Assembly (NCBI GenBank): GCA_951406725.2
Contig: OX597824.1
Coordinates: forward strand, 49,228,001-49,292,000
Direction of reading: 5' to 3'
Source of the DNA: Octopus vulgaris
Lineage: Eukaryota
DNA length: 64,000 bases
Program-made: the position numbers and the translations under genes
Notes under the pieces: generated by a model
Databases searched by the model: none
What the model saw: the letters and a program-made list of their open reading frames with translations, nothing else
What the model was told of the DNA's origin: nothing
Shown: positions 27,012 to 39,136 of the stretch, piece after piece
How the letters are laid out: every line of letters starts with the position of its first letter
Position numbering within the stretch: the stretch's first letter is position 1

Positions 27012-27959
27012 GAACCAATAAATAGACCCAGTAGTATACAGAATTTTGTTTTAAAGAAAAGCAATCCTGATGTTCATGTAGTTGGTTTGTCTCTCTATTT
27101 TATGAATAACATTTGATAAACAATTTAATTAACTAAATAATGTAGGCTTTCTCCTAAATTTAATAACATGGTTCAGCAGTATTTTTAAATAATTGATCTG
27201 GTGATGGTAAGTAGCTACCAAAGATTTTTCCTATGGAAAACAAGTTTTTCTTAGATACACTGCAGAACTCATTTTTATCCTCATTATGAGGAATTAAGAC
27301 ACTGTGAGCAAACAAGACATTTGTAAAGCATACAGTTCTGCAACTACTTGCAAGGGTGAGCTGCACACTCTACCTACCCCCAAAGTCCCTACTCTGCAAA
27401 TTCTTAATCAGGATGAATTACAAAACATTATTTTAGTTTTTGAGGTGTTTTATGTTCATAAAGGTCACATTATTTTGTTTTTGTCTCTTATTAAAAGAAA
27501 TTTTTATTTCTGTATGTACTCCACCCCCAACCTTATTCTTTTCAGGTAAATTAATCCAGGAATTTGTTTAAAGAAATCTTATTAATGTTACGTAGCAGAA
27601 TATAATTAAATGACACATGTTAGCATGTGAGAGACACACCCATAACATTTGACGCATATTAGCATATGACACACATTAGCACTGTGGGTAAACCACCTGT
27701 TACAAAGACAGCCAGTCTTAGGTTTCACTGTTAACTAAGAAGTTGTCTAAACCCACTTCACAATGAGGATAGAGTGGGATGGGGTTTTCTTTAATGTGAA
27801 TTTATGATTTTTAACATAATCAATAATATTGATTTATAATATAGGTGCAAAACTTTGAATTTAGTGGCTTTATAGAGTTAAATAAATCAACCCCAGTACA
27901 TGACAGGTATTTACTTTTATTTTATGAAATGATTTTACCTGGAAAGAACGATGATAAGG

Positions 27960-28178
27960 ATAATGATTTCAAATTTTGTCACAAGGCCAGCAATCTCAGG
28001 GGAGGGGGTAAGTCAATTACTCTGACCCCAATGCTCATCTGGTGCTTAATTTATCAACCTCAAAATATGAAATGTGAGGTCAACCTTGACAGAATTTGAA
28101 CTCAGAATATAAAGATGGACAAAATACCACTAAACATTTTGCCCAGCATACTAACGATTCTGCCAGCTTACCACCTTA
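27960..28178 (-). mobile_element. SINE family B copy
   Basis: Reverse complement of the 3753-3966 type. Confidence 0.7.
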
Positions 28179-28219
28179 ACAACAATAATAATAATGATGA
28201 TGAAGTTGATTATGATAAT

Positions 28220-28350
28220 TATGCCCTGATGCAGTACCAGGCTGTGGCTCTCATGGCTTCTGATCTTAACTGATTGGAAGTGTTATCATGTACATTGTTT
28301 TGTCTTGGTATAAAAGATGGGCTACAGCAAATATTCTGCTCAATACCAGA
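28220..28350 (+). mobile_element. End fragment of the TAA-associated 540 bp element
   Basis: Reverse complement of 4390-4508. Confidence 0.7.
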
Positions 28351-28497
28351 GAAAAAAAAAACAGAAAAAAAGGGAGAAAAAAGGAAAGAAAAAAGAAAAA
28401 GAAAAGAAGAATAATTAAACAATTTTGTATAAATTTGATGATATTCCCCTGTCATTTTATTCATTCCTCCAGGGCATGATGTTAATAACCCACAAAC

Positions 28498-28815
28498 TTA
28501 TTTCTCCTCATGCATGTTGAGTATTGGAAATGAAGCAGATTCAGAATATTTTCTGAAAATACGCATTTTCAAGTATTTTTCAAAATTACAGCCATTTGAA
28601 GCAAAATGTTTGGCAAGTTCTGTCGAACTGCTGTTACTGTGCCTGACATCATATCTGTACCCATTAAATCTTTTGTTTAATTGCTCTGTTGTACAACCAA
28701 GATAAATCAAGTTGTGTTTTGTGCATTCTGCCACATGCACCAAATGGGAATCTATACATGTCCCGCTTTCTGTATAAATCATAACATTTCTGTTATGATT
28801 CCTGATGGAATTCAC
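28498..28815 (-). pseudogene. Penelope-like element GIY-YIG endonuclease remnant
   Basis: TCIDSHLVHVAECTKHNLIYLGCTTEQLNKRFNGYRYD...ELAKHF aligns by eye with TCTSSGLIYCIKCNLCGMLYVGQTGRRLSDRFTEHLRD...PVARHF of the ORF at 53171. Confidence 0.75.
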
Positions 28816-28990
28816 TTGACAGTAATTTCGGTGGGAGGGGATGAGTTGATTACATCGACCCTAGTGTTCAACTGGTACTTATTTTATTGACTCCAAAAGG
28901 ATGAAAGGTAAAGTTGACCTCAGTAGCAAGAGGCGAAATACCACTAAGCATTTTATCTAGCGTGCTAACAATTCTGCCAGCTCACCACCT

Positions 28991-29129
<139 letters not shown>

Positions 29130-29130
<1 letters not shown>

Positions 29131-29712
29131 ATGGTACAGGACAGTACAATGTGAGGTTGCATAAAAGGTGTGTAAAAAAATATAAAAAACATTAACAATA
29201 TAAAATTATAACAATGAATAATTCCCCAAAAGAGGGAGACTTCTTAGGGCTGCTCATGGAGACACCACAAAACCACAGTCATCCTAACTGCTAAGGCAAA
29301 TACTCTCTCCACATCATCATCCTTCAACCTACAGGTGCATGCTTAGAGTAGTTGCATTCACTCAGACTATTCTTTCAACATTCACCCACCTTTTAATAAA
29401 ATTACTGAGAGGCAGCACTTCCCTCTCTACCCTCACTTTTCTTTTCAAGTAAACCTTGAAAAACTTCCTGAGGGCTTGGCCAATGAGGAAAGTATCTGTC
29501 TTCATCCCTTTCAATCGCTGAATCCATCCTACATGTGACAGCAAGTGTTTGACATAAATCCACAAGTCAGCAATGCTTGGGCACTAGATGAGAGCATGCA
29601 GAAGTTTTCTCACTCTGCATGCATCTCAGGCAAGCCTGACTGATGGCACTTCCATGCCAGTAGAGGTTACCTTGAACCAGCAATCTCCCCATCCCAACCC
29701 AGTAGCACTGCT
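29130..29712 (-). mobile_element. L1/Tx1-like LINE 3' fragment
   Basis: Minus-strand decayed zinc-finger region LYWHGSAISQACLRCMQSE..LHALI*CPSIADLWIYV, then FFKVYLKRKVRVEREVL...FIKRWVNV. Confidence 0.6.
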
Positions 29713-29725
29713 GTAATAATGATAA

Positions 29726-30002
29726 TATGGGTGTTTCATTCATCATCCTTAAACAAACCTTATTCAGGGACCTTTTGAGCAGGATGGGCTACTCGACCTG
29801 AAGAAAATTCTAACTGAGTCTCCACCTGCAAGGTCATATGCTATTTATCTTGATATGAGATCACCATGTCGTGCACATGTGGTTGGGATACATGTGCCTG
29901 GTGTACCCTTATCAGATGAGTAGTCATGATGGGTATATTGGGCTTCGTATATTTGTATCCCAGTATCACTTTGATAGCATGCACTTGTCTCTCACTCAAT
30001 AA

Positions 30003-30003
<1 letters not shown>
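29726..30003 (+). mobile_element. Other end of the TAA-associated 540 bp element
   Basis: Reverse complement of 3972-4235; ends CTCACTCAATAAT then (AGT)n. Confidence 0.7.
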
Positions 30004-30049
<46 letters not shown>

Positions 30050-30437
30050 ATTGGGGGAAAGTGCTAGTTAATTAAATCAACCCCTGTGCTCAACTTATTT
30101 CATTGGTTCCAAAAGGATGAAAGCCAAAGTCAACCTCAGCAGGATTTGAACAATAGCAACCTATTCTCCCATAAATCACACCTTATCATTATTTTTCTTT
30201 GAAATGCAAGGGCATATATTGGAGTTCTTGAAAGTAAGACAGAATAATCACAGCTGGAAAACCTATAACAGTTCTGTTTAGTTAGTGCTGGCCTGGGGCT
30301 AAAAAGAACAACAAAAATAATAATATCTATTTCATAATTAATCCGAGAAGGCTTTTTTTGTGGTCAAATGGCTTGCTAGAAATAAAAGCCAAATCTTCCT
30401 CAAATCACACCCTGTCATCTTAAAAGAAGTCAGCTAT

Positions 30438-31398
30438 TACAAAAGTTAGCTGAAAAGTTCATAGGCTGAGCAAGATATTCTCATGGATGAACGTGACCAA
30501 ATGAGGTTTATTTTTCAACATAGTCCTCCTTGCGGTCCACACACTTCTTCCATCAGTGTTGCAGTGCTTGGAGCCCATTGAAGAAGAAACTTTCATCCAG
30601 TTGGTCAAAAAAATCATCAACAGCAGATATGATATCATCACTGGTTCCCAGCCAAATCTTTCTTTATATTGGGGAACAGATGATAATCAGATGGGGCCAA
30701 ATTAGGAGAATAGAAAAGGGTTAATAACTAGTTTAAAGCGACAATAACACATACAGCAACCATTGAAGCCAAGGATGTGTGTGCTGGAGCATTGTCCTGA
30801 TAAAACAAGACCCCTCTTGTCAGATTTCCTGGACATTTGGTCTTGGTAGCCTCTCATAACTGCCCCAGCAATTTGCTGATGTGGCCTTTTTAAAGATAGT
30901 CAATAAAGACAATGCCTTTTGCATTACAAAAAACTGAGGCTTCACCTTCTCTGCAGATGAAATGTCCTTGATCTTCTTTGGAGCAAGTGAGGAGGGATGT
31001 TTTCCTCAGTGTTGGCAGTTGCTTGATGTCCAAACCTTGGGTTATCTTCCAGACTCTCCCTTCCCCCTCCTAAATTCAACTGCCCACTTTTGCACTGTTG
31101 ATAAAGCTGGAGCATCATCCTCTAATGTAGCAATGACGTCAGCATGAATGTCCCTGGAGGCTAAACCCTTTTTTTTTGCAGGTACTTGATAACAACAAAT
31201 GCCAAATTTTGTTGCATTTTCAAGAGAAGTTGCTACTAGTTACTTTTGAAGTCTTCTTTGAACAGTCAGATGTTAGTTTACTTGGAAAGAAACAATGCAG
31301 TTGTCAATAAGAAGTGTTAAAATTTATGCATACACGATTTCACAGCTCTAGCATTACTCCTTCATACTCAACCTATGAACTTTCCAGCTGACCCTTTA
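30438..31398 (-). mobile_element. Internally deleted mariner transposon
   Basis: Terminal inverted repeats TTAGCTGAAAAGTTCATAGGCTGAG / CTCAACCTATGAACTTTCCAGCTGA; minus strand reads YSPNLAPSDYHLFPNIKK (mariner YSPDLAPxD motif). Confidence 0.85.
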
Positions 31399-31399
31399 C

Positions 31400-32190
31400 T
31401 TTGATTCATCAGACCTTGGGAAGAAAAGTTGTTTACTGGCAGGATTTGAACCCAGAATGTAATGAGATATAATTAAATACCACAAGGCATTTTGTTCAAA
31501 GCTCTACAAATTCTGACATCTACCATTCTGAATAATAACTGTTTCTAACTAGTAACTTTGAGCGGGGTGGGAATTTGTCTGTACCATCGATATCAGTATT
31601 CGACTGGTACTTTATCTTATTGGCTTCAGAAGGATGAAAGGCAAAGTTGACCCTGGCAGGATTTGAACTCAATATGTAAAGAGCTGGAACAAGTACCAAA
31701 AGGTATTTTGTCTAACATTCTAAAGATTTTACAGATCCATTGCCATGCGTAATCTTTTCTAATAATTATTATTTACGGCACAAGGTTAGAAATTTGTAGG
31801 GAGAAATGAGCCAGTTACATTGCCCGTAGTACTTATCAGATTCTTTCTTTTATTGGTCCCTAAAGATGAAAACCAAAGTGACCATAGCAAGATTTGAACT
31901 CAGAATGTAAAGAACCAGAACAAATGCTGTTGGACTTTTTGTCCATAACAATTCTGTCAATCCAACTTCTTGAATAATTCTTTCTATTATGAGTACAAGG
32001 CCTGAAATTTTGGGGAAAGTGGATAGTGGATTATCAATGCCAGTACTTGACTGATACTTATTTTATTACTCCCAAAATGATGACAGATAAAGTTGTCTTC
32101 AGCAGTATTTGAACTCAGAGCATAAAACAAAAGAAATGCCACTAAGTATTTTATCCAGCATGCTAACAATTCTGCCAGATTGTTGCCTTA
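31400..32190 (-). mobile_element. Head-to-tail cluster of about four family B SINEs
   Basis: ATTTGAAC(T/C)CA box B complement at ~31443, 31660, 31892 and 32108. Confidence 0.7.
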
Positions 32191-32280
32191 ACTACAATGA
32201 ATAATAGTGCCAACAATGAATCAAGTCAGTTGAATTAGTCCCAATATATAACTAGTTTTTTTTTTTTTTTTTTTTTGTGA

Positions 32281-32620
32281 AGGCGCATGGCTCAGTGGTT
32301 AGAGCGTCGAGCTTACGATCGTGAGGTTGTGAGCTCGAATCCCGGACGGGGCTGCGTGTTGTGTTCTTGAGCAAGGCACTTTATTTCACGTTGCTCCAGT
32401 TCACTCAGCTGTAGAAATGAGTTGCGACATCACAGGTGCCAAGCTGTATCGGCCCTTGCCTTTCCCTTGGACAACATCGGTGACGTGGAGAGGGGAGGCC
32501 GGTATGCATGGGCGACTGCTGGTCTTCCATAAAACAACCTTGCCCAGACTTGTGCCTCAGAGGGTATCTCTCTAGGTGCAAACCCATGGTCAGTGCCTGA
32601 CCGAAGGGGGTCTAAAAAAA
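32281..32620 (+). mobile_element. Young tRNA-derived SINE with target-site duplication
   Basis: GGCGCATGGCTCAGTGGTTAGAGCG (box A), GAGCTCGAATCCC (box B), CpG-rich, A tail; ATAACTAGTTTTT at ~32248 and 32621. Confidence 0.88.
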
Positions 32621-33320
32621 ATAACTAGTTTTTATTTTGCAGAATACTTCAAAAGAAATATTCTCTTTTTTGCAGTATTTAAACAGCTGGTACTTAAACT
32701 ACAAAAGTTTGTTTCACAATTACCAGATTTTACAATATTAACAAACTCTATCAGGTAACTTTTCTGGAAACAGATTGAAATCAAATTGATTATGTTACCA
32801 TATTACATTTCTTTATCTTTCCTTTTTTTTTATTAATGTTTTCATATGTACATTTGTCATTTTATCATGAAAATTTCTTACTGCTTAGCACTGACTATGT
32901 ATCGCCGTGTTAGTGGGACACATCTGCTAATTGAATACACAACCTATTATATTGATAGTAATCACTGTGACCTAACAGCAACCAATGGGCTGTCATTTTT
33001 ACATTTAAGATATCAGTTTCTATTGTCTTACAGCATATTTTTTTATGTCTGACATGCCATAAGAGATAATTATCATAAATCCACAATATAAGAATATCAG
33101 TGTTTCAAATATAATAATATACTTAAATGTTGCCATCATTTAGTATGAATACATAAAATAGTGAAGATCAAAAAAAGGAAGCATACATTTATTTTTAACA
33201 CTTTGGACACAAGAATGTAAAAGGCAATGTCTGTGGGATTTTCTTTCAGAGAAAAATTTCTCTTGATAAATTTTGTGTGTATTAAAGAAATTAAGCCAAG
33301 CTCCAAATGATGTCTGTAGT

Positions 33321-33368
33321 CCAACTGAAACAGTGTTTCAGTGTGATTTTACCTCTTCAGTGAGTTTG
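33321..33368 (-). ncRNA. Candidate minimal type I hammerhead ribozyme
   Basis: Minus strand AAACTCA-CTGAAGA-GGT(AAAATCAC)ACT-GAAAC-ACT-GT-T-TCAGTT: intact core boxes, 3 bp stem II, one stem I mismatch. Confidence 0.45.
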
Positions 33369-33567
33369 TATTTTTTTTGTGCAATCTTATAGCATTCACT
33401 TAAGAAAGGATTAATATTTCTGTTTCCTTTCCTACAGATTCTGTATTTAATGTCTGACTAAGTTTTATCAATCATTGCCATTATCAAATTTATTCTACTG
33501 GTTGTCATTGGGCAGCTATAATTAGTGATTTGGATTCAGTGTTCTTTACTTCCAGCATCCTCAGTTT

Positions 33568-33890
33568 GTTAAGTTAAGTTAAGTTAAGTTAAGTTAATTT
33601 TTTGGCTCAAAAAGAAAAAGCAAGGCCATGTAGGGGGACATGGAGTTATGTACAGGGTGGTGTTCATGCAAAGAGTTCAGGCCATTTCTGGTCAAGAGAG
33701 ACTTTGAACCAAGCGGTCGTCGGCATCTTCACTATCTCGTCCGGCAGCTTATTCCACAGATCTGCAACCCGGACGGAGAAAGCCCCTCTCCTTCAATTGA
33801 GATGAAATCGTCGCAGATAGAGCTTTTTAGAGTGACCCCGCAGCCGACGCTCTAGAGCAGGAGTGAAGAACACTTTCCGCTTGTGGCCAT
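33568..33890 (-). mobile_element. CR1/L2-group LINE 3' end with (AACTT)n tail
   Basis: RRLRGHSKKLYLRRFHLN*RRGAFSVRVADLWNKLPDEIV, typical of the CR1 ORF2 C-terminus; one internal TGA. Confidence 0.85.
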
Positions 33891-34357
33891 GTAATTCTTT
33901 GTCTTTCAGTTAATTATCTTGTTCTTCCTTCTGTTCTTGAATTCTCTTACTGTTTAAGAAACTTTTTGGATATTTCTTGCTGCCAATAGTATTCTTTCTT
34001 CCCTACATAGAACATAAAAATCCAATATCACAGTACTAATGGTGTCTTTTGAGTTAAAATTTTTTTGTTTGAAGACCTTCAATATAATGTCTGGTCTATT
34101 AGCATCTATTTTTCTGTCAGTTTGAAAGGTGAAGTTCCAGAGGAGTGAGATGTGATCATTTGTAAGCACTGGCAGTGGTTTTTGTTCCCACTAGTTTTTT
34201 TCATGGGGCAAGTCCAGGTTTTTGTAAGTTACCCATTGAATGTACTGTACTGTTCTATCATGCTTGTTGAGATACTCTGTAGGCACAAGAAGACTGCACA
34301 TGGAGATAACATGATCAATGGTTTCATTTTATTGTTCACATACACGACATACTGGGC

Positions 34358-34358
<1 letters not shown>
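33891..34358 (-). mobile_element. R4/Dong-clade non-LTR fragment (CCHC finger + restriction-like endonuclease)
   Basis: CRVCEQQNETIDHVISMC...HDR...LLWNFTFQTDRKIDANRPDII; abuts (TAA)n at 34359-34442. Confidence 0.8.
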
Positions 34359-34420
<62 letters not shown>

Positions 34421-36189
34421 CATTATTATTATTATTATTATTTTCTGACTTAATGAGACTTTGTTTTCAAGTTGCTCATCTTACTTTGTTTATTTGATAA
34501 CTTTGTTTCTAACTTATTAAACTTCTTTACATAGAAACAGTTTTAGAAAACTTGGAGTCTACCCCATGGAATTGACAGAAAAAAGTTTAGAAAAAAAAAA
34601 ACAAGTCTTGTTATTTTCTGTTTTTAGACCAATTTTCTTTCACACTGTCTACATAGATATAATTTCAAAATTTTCAAGCCACATTCTTCAAGGGCAAAAA
34701 CAATTCAAAACTGAGACTGTCATACATACAAAATACACAAAGAAGAACAAGAAAACATTTTTCACAAAGACACACACATTACAGAAGAAAAAATAGGATA
34801 GTAATGGCAGTTCCACTGAGAGAATTGCTAGTGCAAACAAGCCAGTGTCTCTTTTATTAACAATTGCATACAACAAATTCACAGTGTCAAACCAAAACAT
34901 TAAGAACATTACAGATGGATTACATTTACCTGTGTGACTCACCCAGAAGGATGATTTAGATATGAGAAATTACCTCAAAGAACAGGGTTATTTCAGAACA
35001 TTATGTCAAAAGAAACATGTCAAAAGAAACATGTCAAAAAAAACAATGTACACACACGGATACACATGTACATACATACCCCTACATACGTGTACACAAA
35101 CGTGTACTATTATCCTGTATAATCATGTTTAAATTTATACATATACTTTTTCCTCTTTATGATCCCAACTTCATTAAAGATTCACCCCCCTTCCACCTCT
35201 TTCTCTCAACATCCAAACCCCTCATTCTTTATCGAGTGAAAAACAGTATGGACGTTTTGTTTTGGTGTCTCGCTATGCCGTATACGACTATGAGGATTTA
35301 CCTTCCCAATGAAACTCGTTTTCTTCCCAAACTTTTTCTCAAACCTACTATAATGTAATATATGTCTTTGGTGTGGTAATTGTACATGGCTGAAGAAGGC
35401 TGTTGACCTACATGTTATATCAATTATGCATTGATATAAATTGTTCAATAAAGCCAGAAACATATGTACCAGAAAACCCTTGGCATCCTGTTTTTCTTTT
35501 GATAAATATATCCTATCACCTACACCACTAGCTGGCATATACAGGTGCTTACAGTTATCAAGTATCCACCCTGAATTTTTATATATATATATATATATAT
35601 ATAAACAGTGAGAACAAAACAGTAAAAACAAACGGTGAGGGCTGTTAAGTCAAGACAATGTGAAGTAGTGAATGCTGGAAAAACAAGCTTTGAGAAGAGA
35701 CAGGTAAAAGCACGTCTTGTCTTTAGGAAGGAAGTGGAAGAAAGAAAGATGGATGGCCGTGGTCATGTGTAAGCAACAAGAAAGTCAAGGAGGAAGAATG
35801 AGAGATATACATACATACATATATGTGCATATATGCACACACACACACATATACACACACACATATACACACACATACATATATATATATACATACACAC
35901 ACACACACATATACACACACATACATATATATATATATACATACATACATACACACACACGTATATACATCATCGTCATCATTTAGCACCCGCTTTCCAT
36001 GGTAGCGTTGACATGAGAGTTTGACTGGAGCTGGTAAACAGGAGAGCTGCACCAGGCTTCAGTCTATTTTGGCTTGGTTTCTATGGCTGGATGCCTTTTA
36101 CCTGTCACTGGTATAAGTACCTTTGATGCGTCACCAGTGTGGGTGCCTTTTAAATATCACTGGCATGGGTGCATTCATATATCACCATC

Positions 36190-36325
36190 ACCTTTTCTCA
36201 CCATATAAGACTTATATCTGATGTCTTTGTGGACAAGATTTCTGACTGTTCCTTCTGACACATGGAGATCTTTTGCAATTGACCTCATGGACTTTCTGGG
36301 ATTATAATCAATGGTCTGTTGAACT
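36190..36325 (-). mobile_element. Tc1/mariner-superfamily transposase HTH fragment
   Basis: NPRKSMRSIAKDLHVSEGTVRNLVHKDIRYKSY. Confidence 0.7.
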
Positions 36326-37494
36326 TTTATGTCCAATTTTTCCACAATCAAAACATTTACGATTTTTAAGAGGAGAATTACTTTTAAAATGCAAACCTCC
36401 ACACCCATAGCATGGATTATGTTATGCAAACCTTCGCACCCATAGCACAAATTTGGTTATGATGTTTGTTTTTCTTTTTTCTTATCCATTTCAGGACAAC
36501 ACACATGTATTTTAAAGCAATCTTTTTCTTCAATTTTATCTGCATCATGTCTTAAATTTATAATCCTCTGGCATTCTTCAGCCACTGTCTGCAGAGTTAA
36601 TTTTTGGTCCTGTTCTAATTTTGTTAATATACAGAAACATATATCAGCATCTTTTCTTGCAGTTAACCCTTGAACCAAAATAAAACATTTCAACAAATCC
36701 GGGGTTAATTCTTCTAATTTGAATTTTTCACACTCTCTGTTAACAACCCCAGCATAGGTGACAAAATCTTCATCATCCTTTTTAAGTAAATTTAAACATT
36801 GCCAATGAATATTGAACAGAGAACTTCTTTCCCTGAAAATTCTCAATAATAACTTGATTATTTCATTGAAACAAATCTCACCTGGTTTCAGTGGCAGAAT
36901 ATAACTGCAATATTTTTCCTTTTTCGGCAGGGGATAACTTTCTTAAAAGTAGTCACACCTTTTTCTCGTCATTCCAACTTTTACATACTTCTTTCAAGAT
37001 TTTTCATATCTTCTAAAATATGCAGAAAAAGTAGTACCTTCTTATGGGTAATAAATAAATTCTCCAATTGAATTTGCTACACTGTCTGACGAGAACAAAC
37101 CTGAGTATTTTCAGACTTTCTCATTACTTCCAGTAACTGTTGGTATTGTTGTTGTTGCTGTTGTAGTGGTTGTTATAACTGCTGTTGTTACTGCTGCAAC
37201 TGTATCACACATGCCAACAAATCTTCCATCTTAAATGATATTTTTTTGGTTTTTAAACCAAAAAACAATTTGATGTCTGACGCAAGTTTCGAATATCTTG
37301 ACGCCACTTTTATATCCTGCCACAGGTTGGTATAGATAAATTATGCAGCAGAGGTTTAATCAATGTGTTCACATGACATACTTCGTGAGACTACCAAAAC
37401 ACTCTCTCCACTACTACTGACTACTACTCTTTATAAGAGTTCGGATAGTCCATTCTCCCTTCTGCCAGGAGTGTCAATGCCTCTCACCACAACA
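36320..37494 (-). mobile_element. Gypsy-type 5' LTR, primer-binding site and decayed gag
   Basis: LTR ~37494-37308 begins TGTTG and contains TATAAA and ATTAAA; TGGCG PBS at 37306; gag SLFNIHWQCLNL..DEDFVTYAGVVNRECEKF; zinc knuckles CYGCGGLH...CFDCGKIGH. Confidence 0.8.
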
Positions 37495-37725
37495 CTTACC
37501 TTAATTGGTGACAAAGGACTCTCCCACAGAGTGAAAAACAGATTGTATAATGCTTGCATGAAAAGCTATGCTACATAATAGTGAAACATGGGCTGTGACA
37601 GCAGAGGACATGCAAAAGCTTGAAAGAAATGAAGCCAGCATGTTCTGTTGGTTGTGTAATATCAGTGTTCATGTACAACAAGGTGTTAATGTGTTGTGAG
37701 ATAAACAGGGCATAAGGAGCATCCA
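37495..37725 (+). mobile_element. RTE LINE ORF fragment
   Basis: KGLSHRVKNRLYNAC / LHNSETWAVTAEDMQKLERNEASMFCWLCN. Confidence 0.75.
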
Positions 37726-38578
37726 TCCATTAAATTCTCTTCCAGCTGTTATTTTGAGGGCAGTTGAAAACACTTGTCAATTTTCAGTATGCACAAATTT
37801 CGTGACTTTTTTCTATATTGGTTATTCAATTTCAGGGGAGAATGTAAGACAATTTCATCGACCCCAGTGTTCAACTAGAATTTTATAGACCCTGAAAGGA
37901 TGAAAGGTAAAGTCAAGCCTGGCAGCATTTGAACTCAGAGTGTAGAAATACACGATATGCCATTAAGCATTTGGCCAGCTTGCCACCTCAACCTTCTTTC
38001 ATACTATTTCAGGCAAAGTGAGACTATCTCAGTCCACATAGTTCTGCTAGACAACTTGCATTTACTTAAGCTTGGTCATATTCACTTTTATATCACAGTG
38101 TGCAGTGGTAACAAGACAAACTGCGATTTTCAAAACTAATTTTAACTGCATTTTTGCCTTGTGTGTGTGTGTGTGTGTGATCACTTGTATTGTTCATACT
38201 TACGCCATTGTTAATAGAAATGTCATTGATTTTCTTTATTCTTTCAAGGCATTTGTCCGGCTATACAATATTTACTTGACCGTTTTTTTTGTGTTTTGTT
38301 TTCTTATCTGCATAATTGCAAATTTCTTTTTCTTCAAGGGGCATGGCTGCTATGTCTCATAGCTATTTTGCTCATGTAAAATCAGAAAAAAGAATTTGTT
38401 TCAAAAACAAATCTTATTCCTTCATCAGAATCCTGTGAAGACAGACTTGCAAAGTCTGATGAGTCTATGTACAAAAATAAATATTAAAACTTAATATTCC
38501 ATGCAATTGTACATAGAAGCCAGTGTTTTGAAGATTGGGTAGAAAGCACATCTGACAAGATCAATAGCAAATAATAAT

Positions 38579-38614
<36 letters not shown>

Positions 38615-38617
<3 letters not shown>

Positions 38618-39081
38618 ACTAGCTAAATCCTCTGGGATTTCCCAAACCAAACGGATCAGGTCCTAGAGCATGACAAACCAGACTTAGTGGTGATGAACAA
38701 GGTGAACCACATATGTTATATAGTTGCCATTGGATGCCCCTTTGACCGACAAATAGTCAAGAAGGAAAGTGAAAAGATAGAGAGATATAACCCTCTTAAG
38801 TATGAAGTAGCCTGGCTATGGAAAATGAAGGTGAAGATAGTGCCAATTATTGTTGGGTCCTTGGGAACAGTATCAGAAGGCATCAAGAGGAATATAAAGG
38901 AAATTGGAATAGAATGCCCAGTAGAACTGTTACAAAAGGTTTGTCTCCTTGGCATGGCCAGAATAATCAGGAAGTATTAGACAGCTGAAAAGAATGAATA
39001 GCATGAGTACCGTAGGCTGCAGGTAGTAAGCATGCTATGCACGCAAGACTCCAGAAGCTCCAACAAAACCTGTGATAAAGA

Positions 39082-39083
<2 letters not shown>
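38615..39083 (+). mobile_element. 5'-truncated R4/Dong non-LTR element within (TAA)n
   Basis: ILWDF..TDQVLEHDKPDLVV...IGCPFD..KESEKIERYNPLKYEVAWLW..VPIIVGSLG..LQKVCLLGMARIIRK; (TAA)n on both sides. Confidence 0.88.

Positions 39084-39136
<53 letters not shown>

Noticed and set aside
28220-28290. CTGATG at the element end as a hammerhead or HDV ribozyme
   Set aside because: It reads CTGATGC with no GAAA partner, and I could not build an HDV-like double pseudoknot by hand.
32281-32355. Possible tRNA gene
   Set aside because: It continues into a SINE core and A tail with a target-site duplication, and has no proper acceptor stem.
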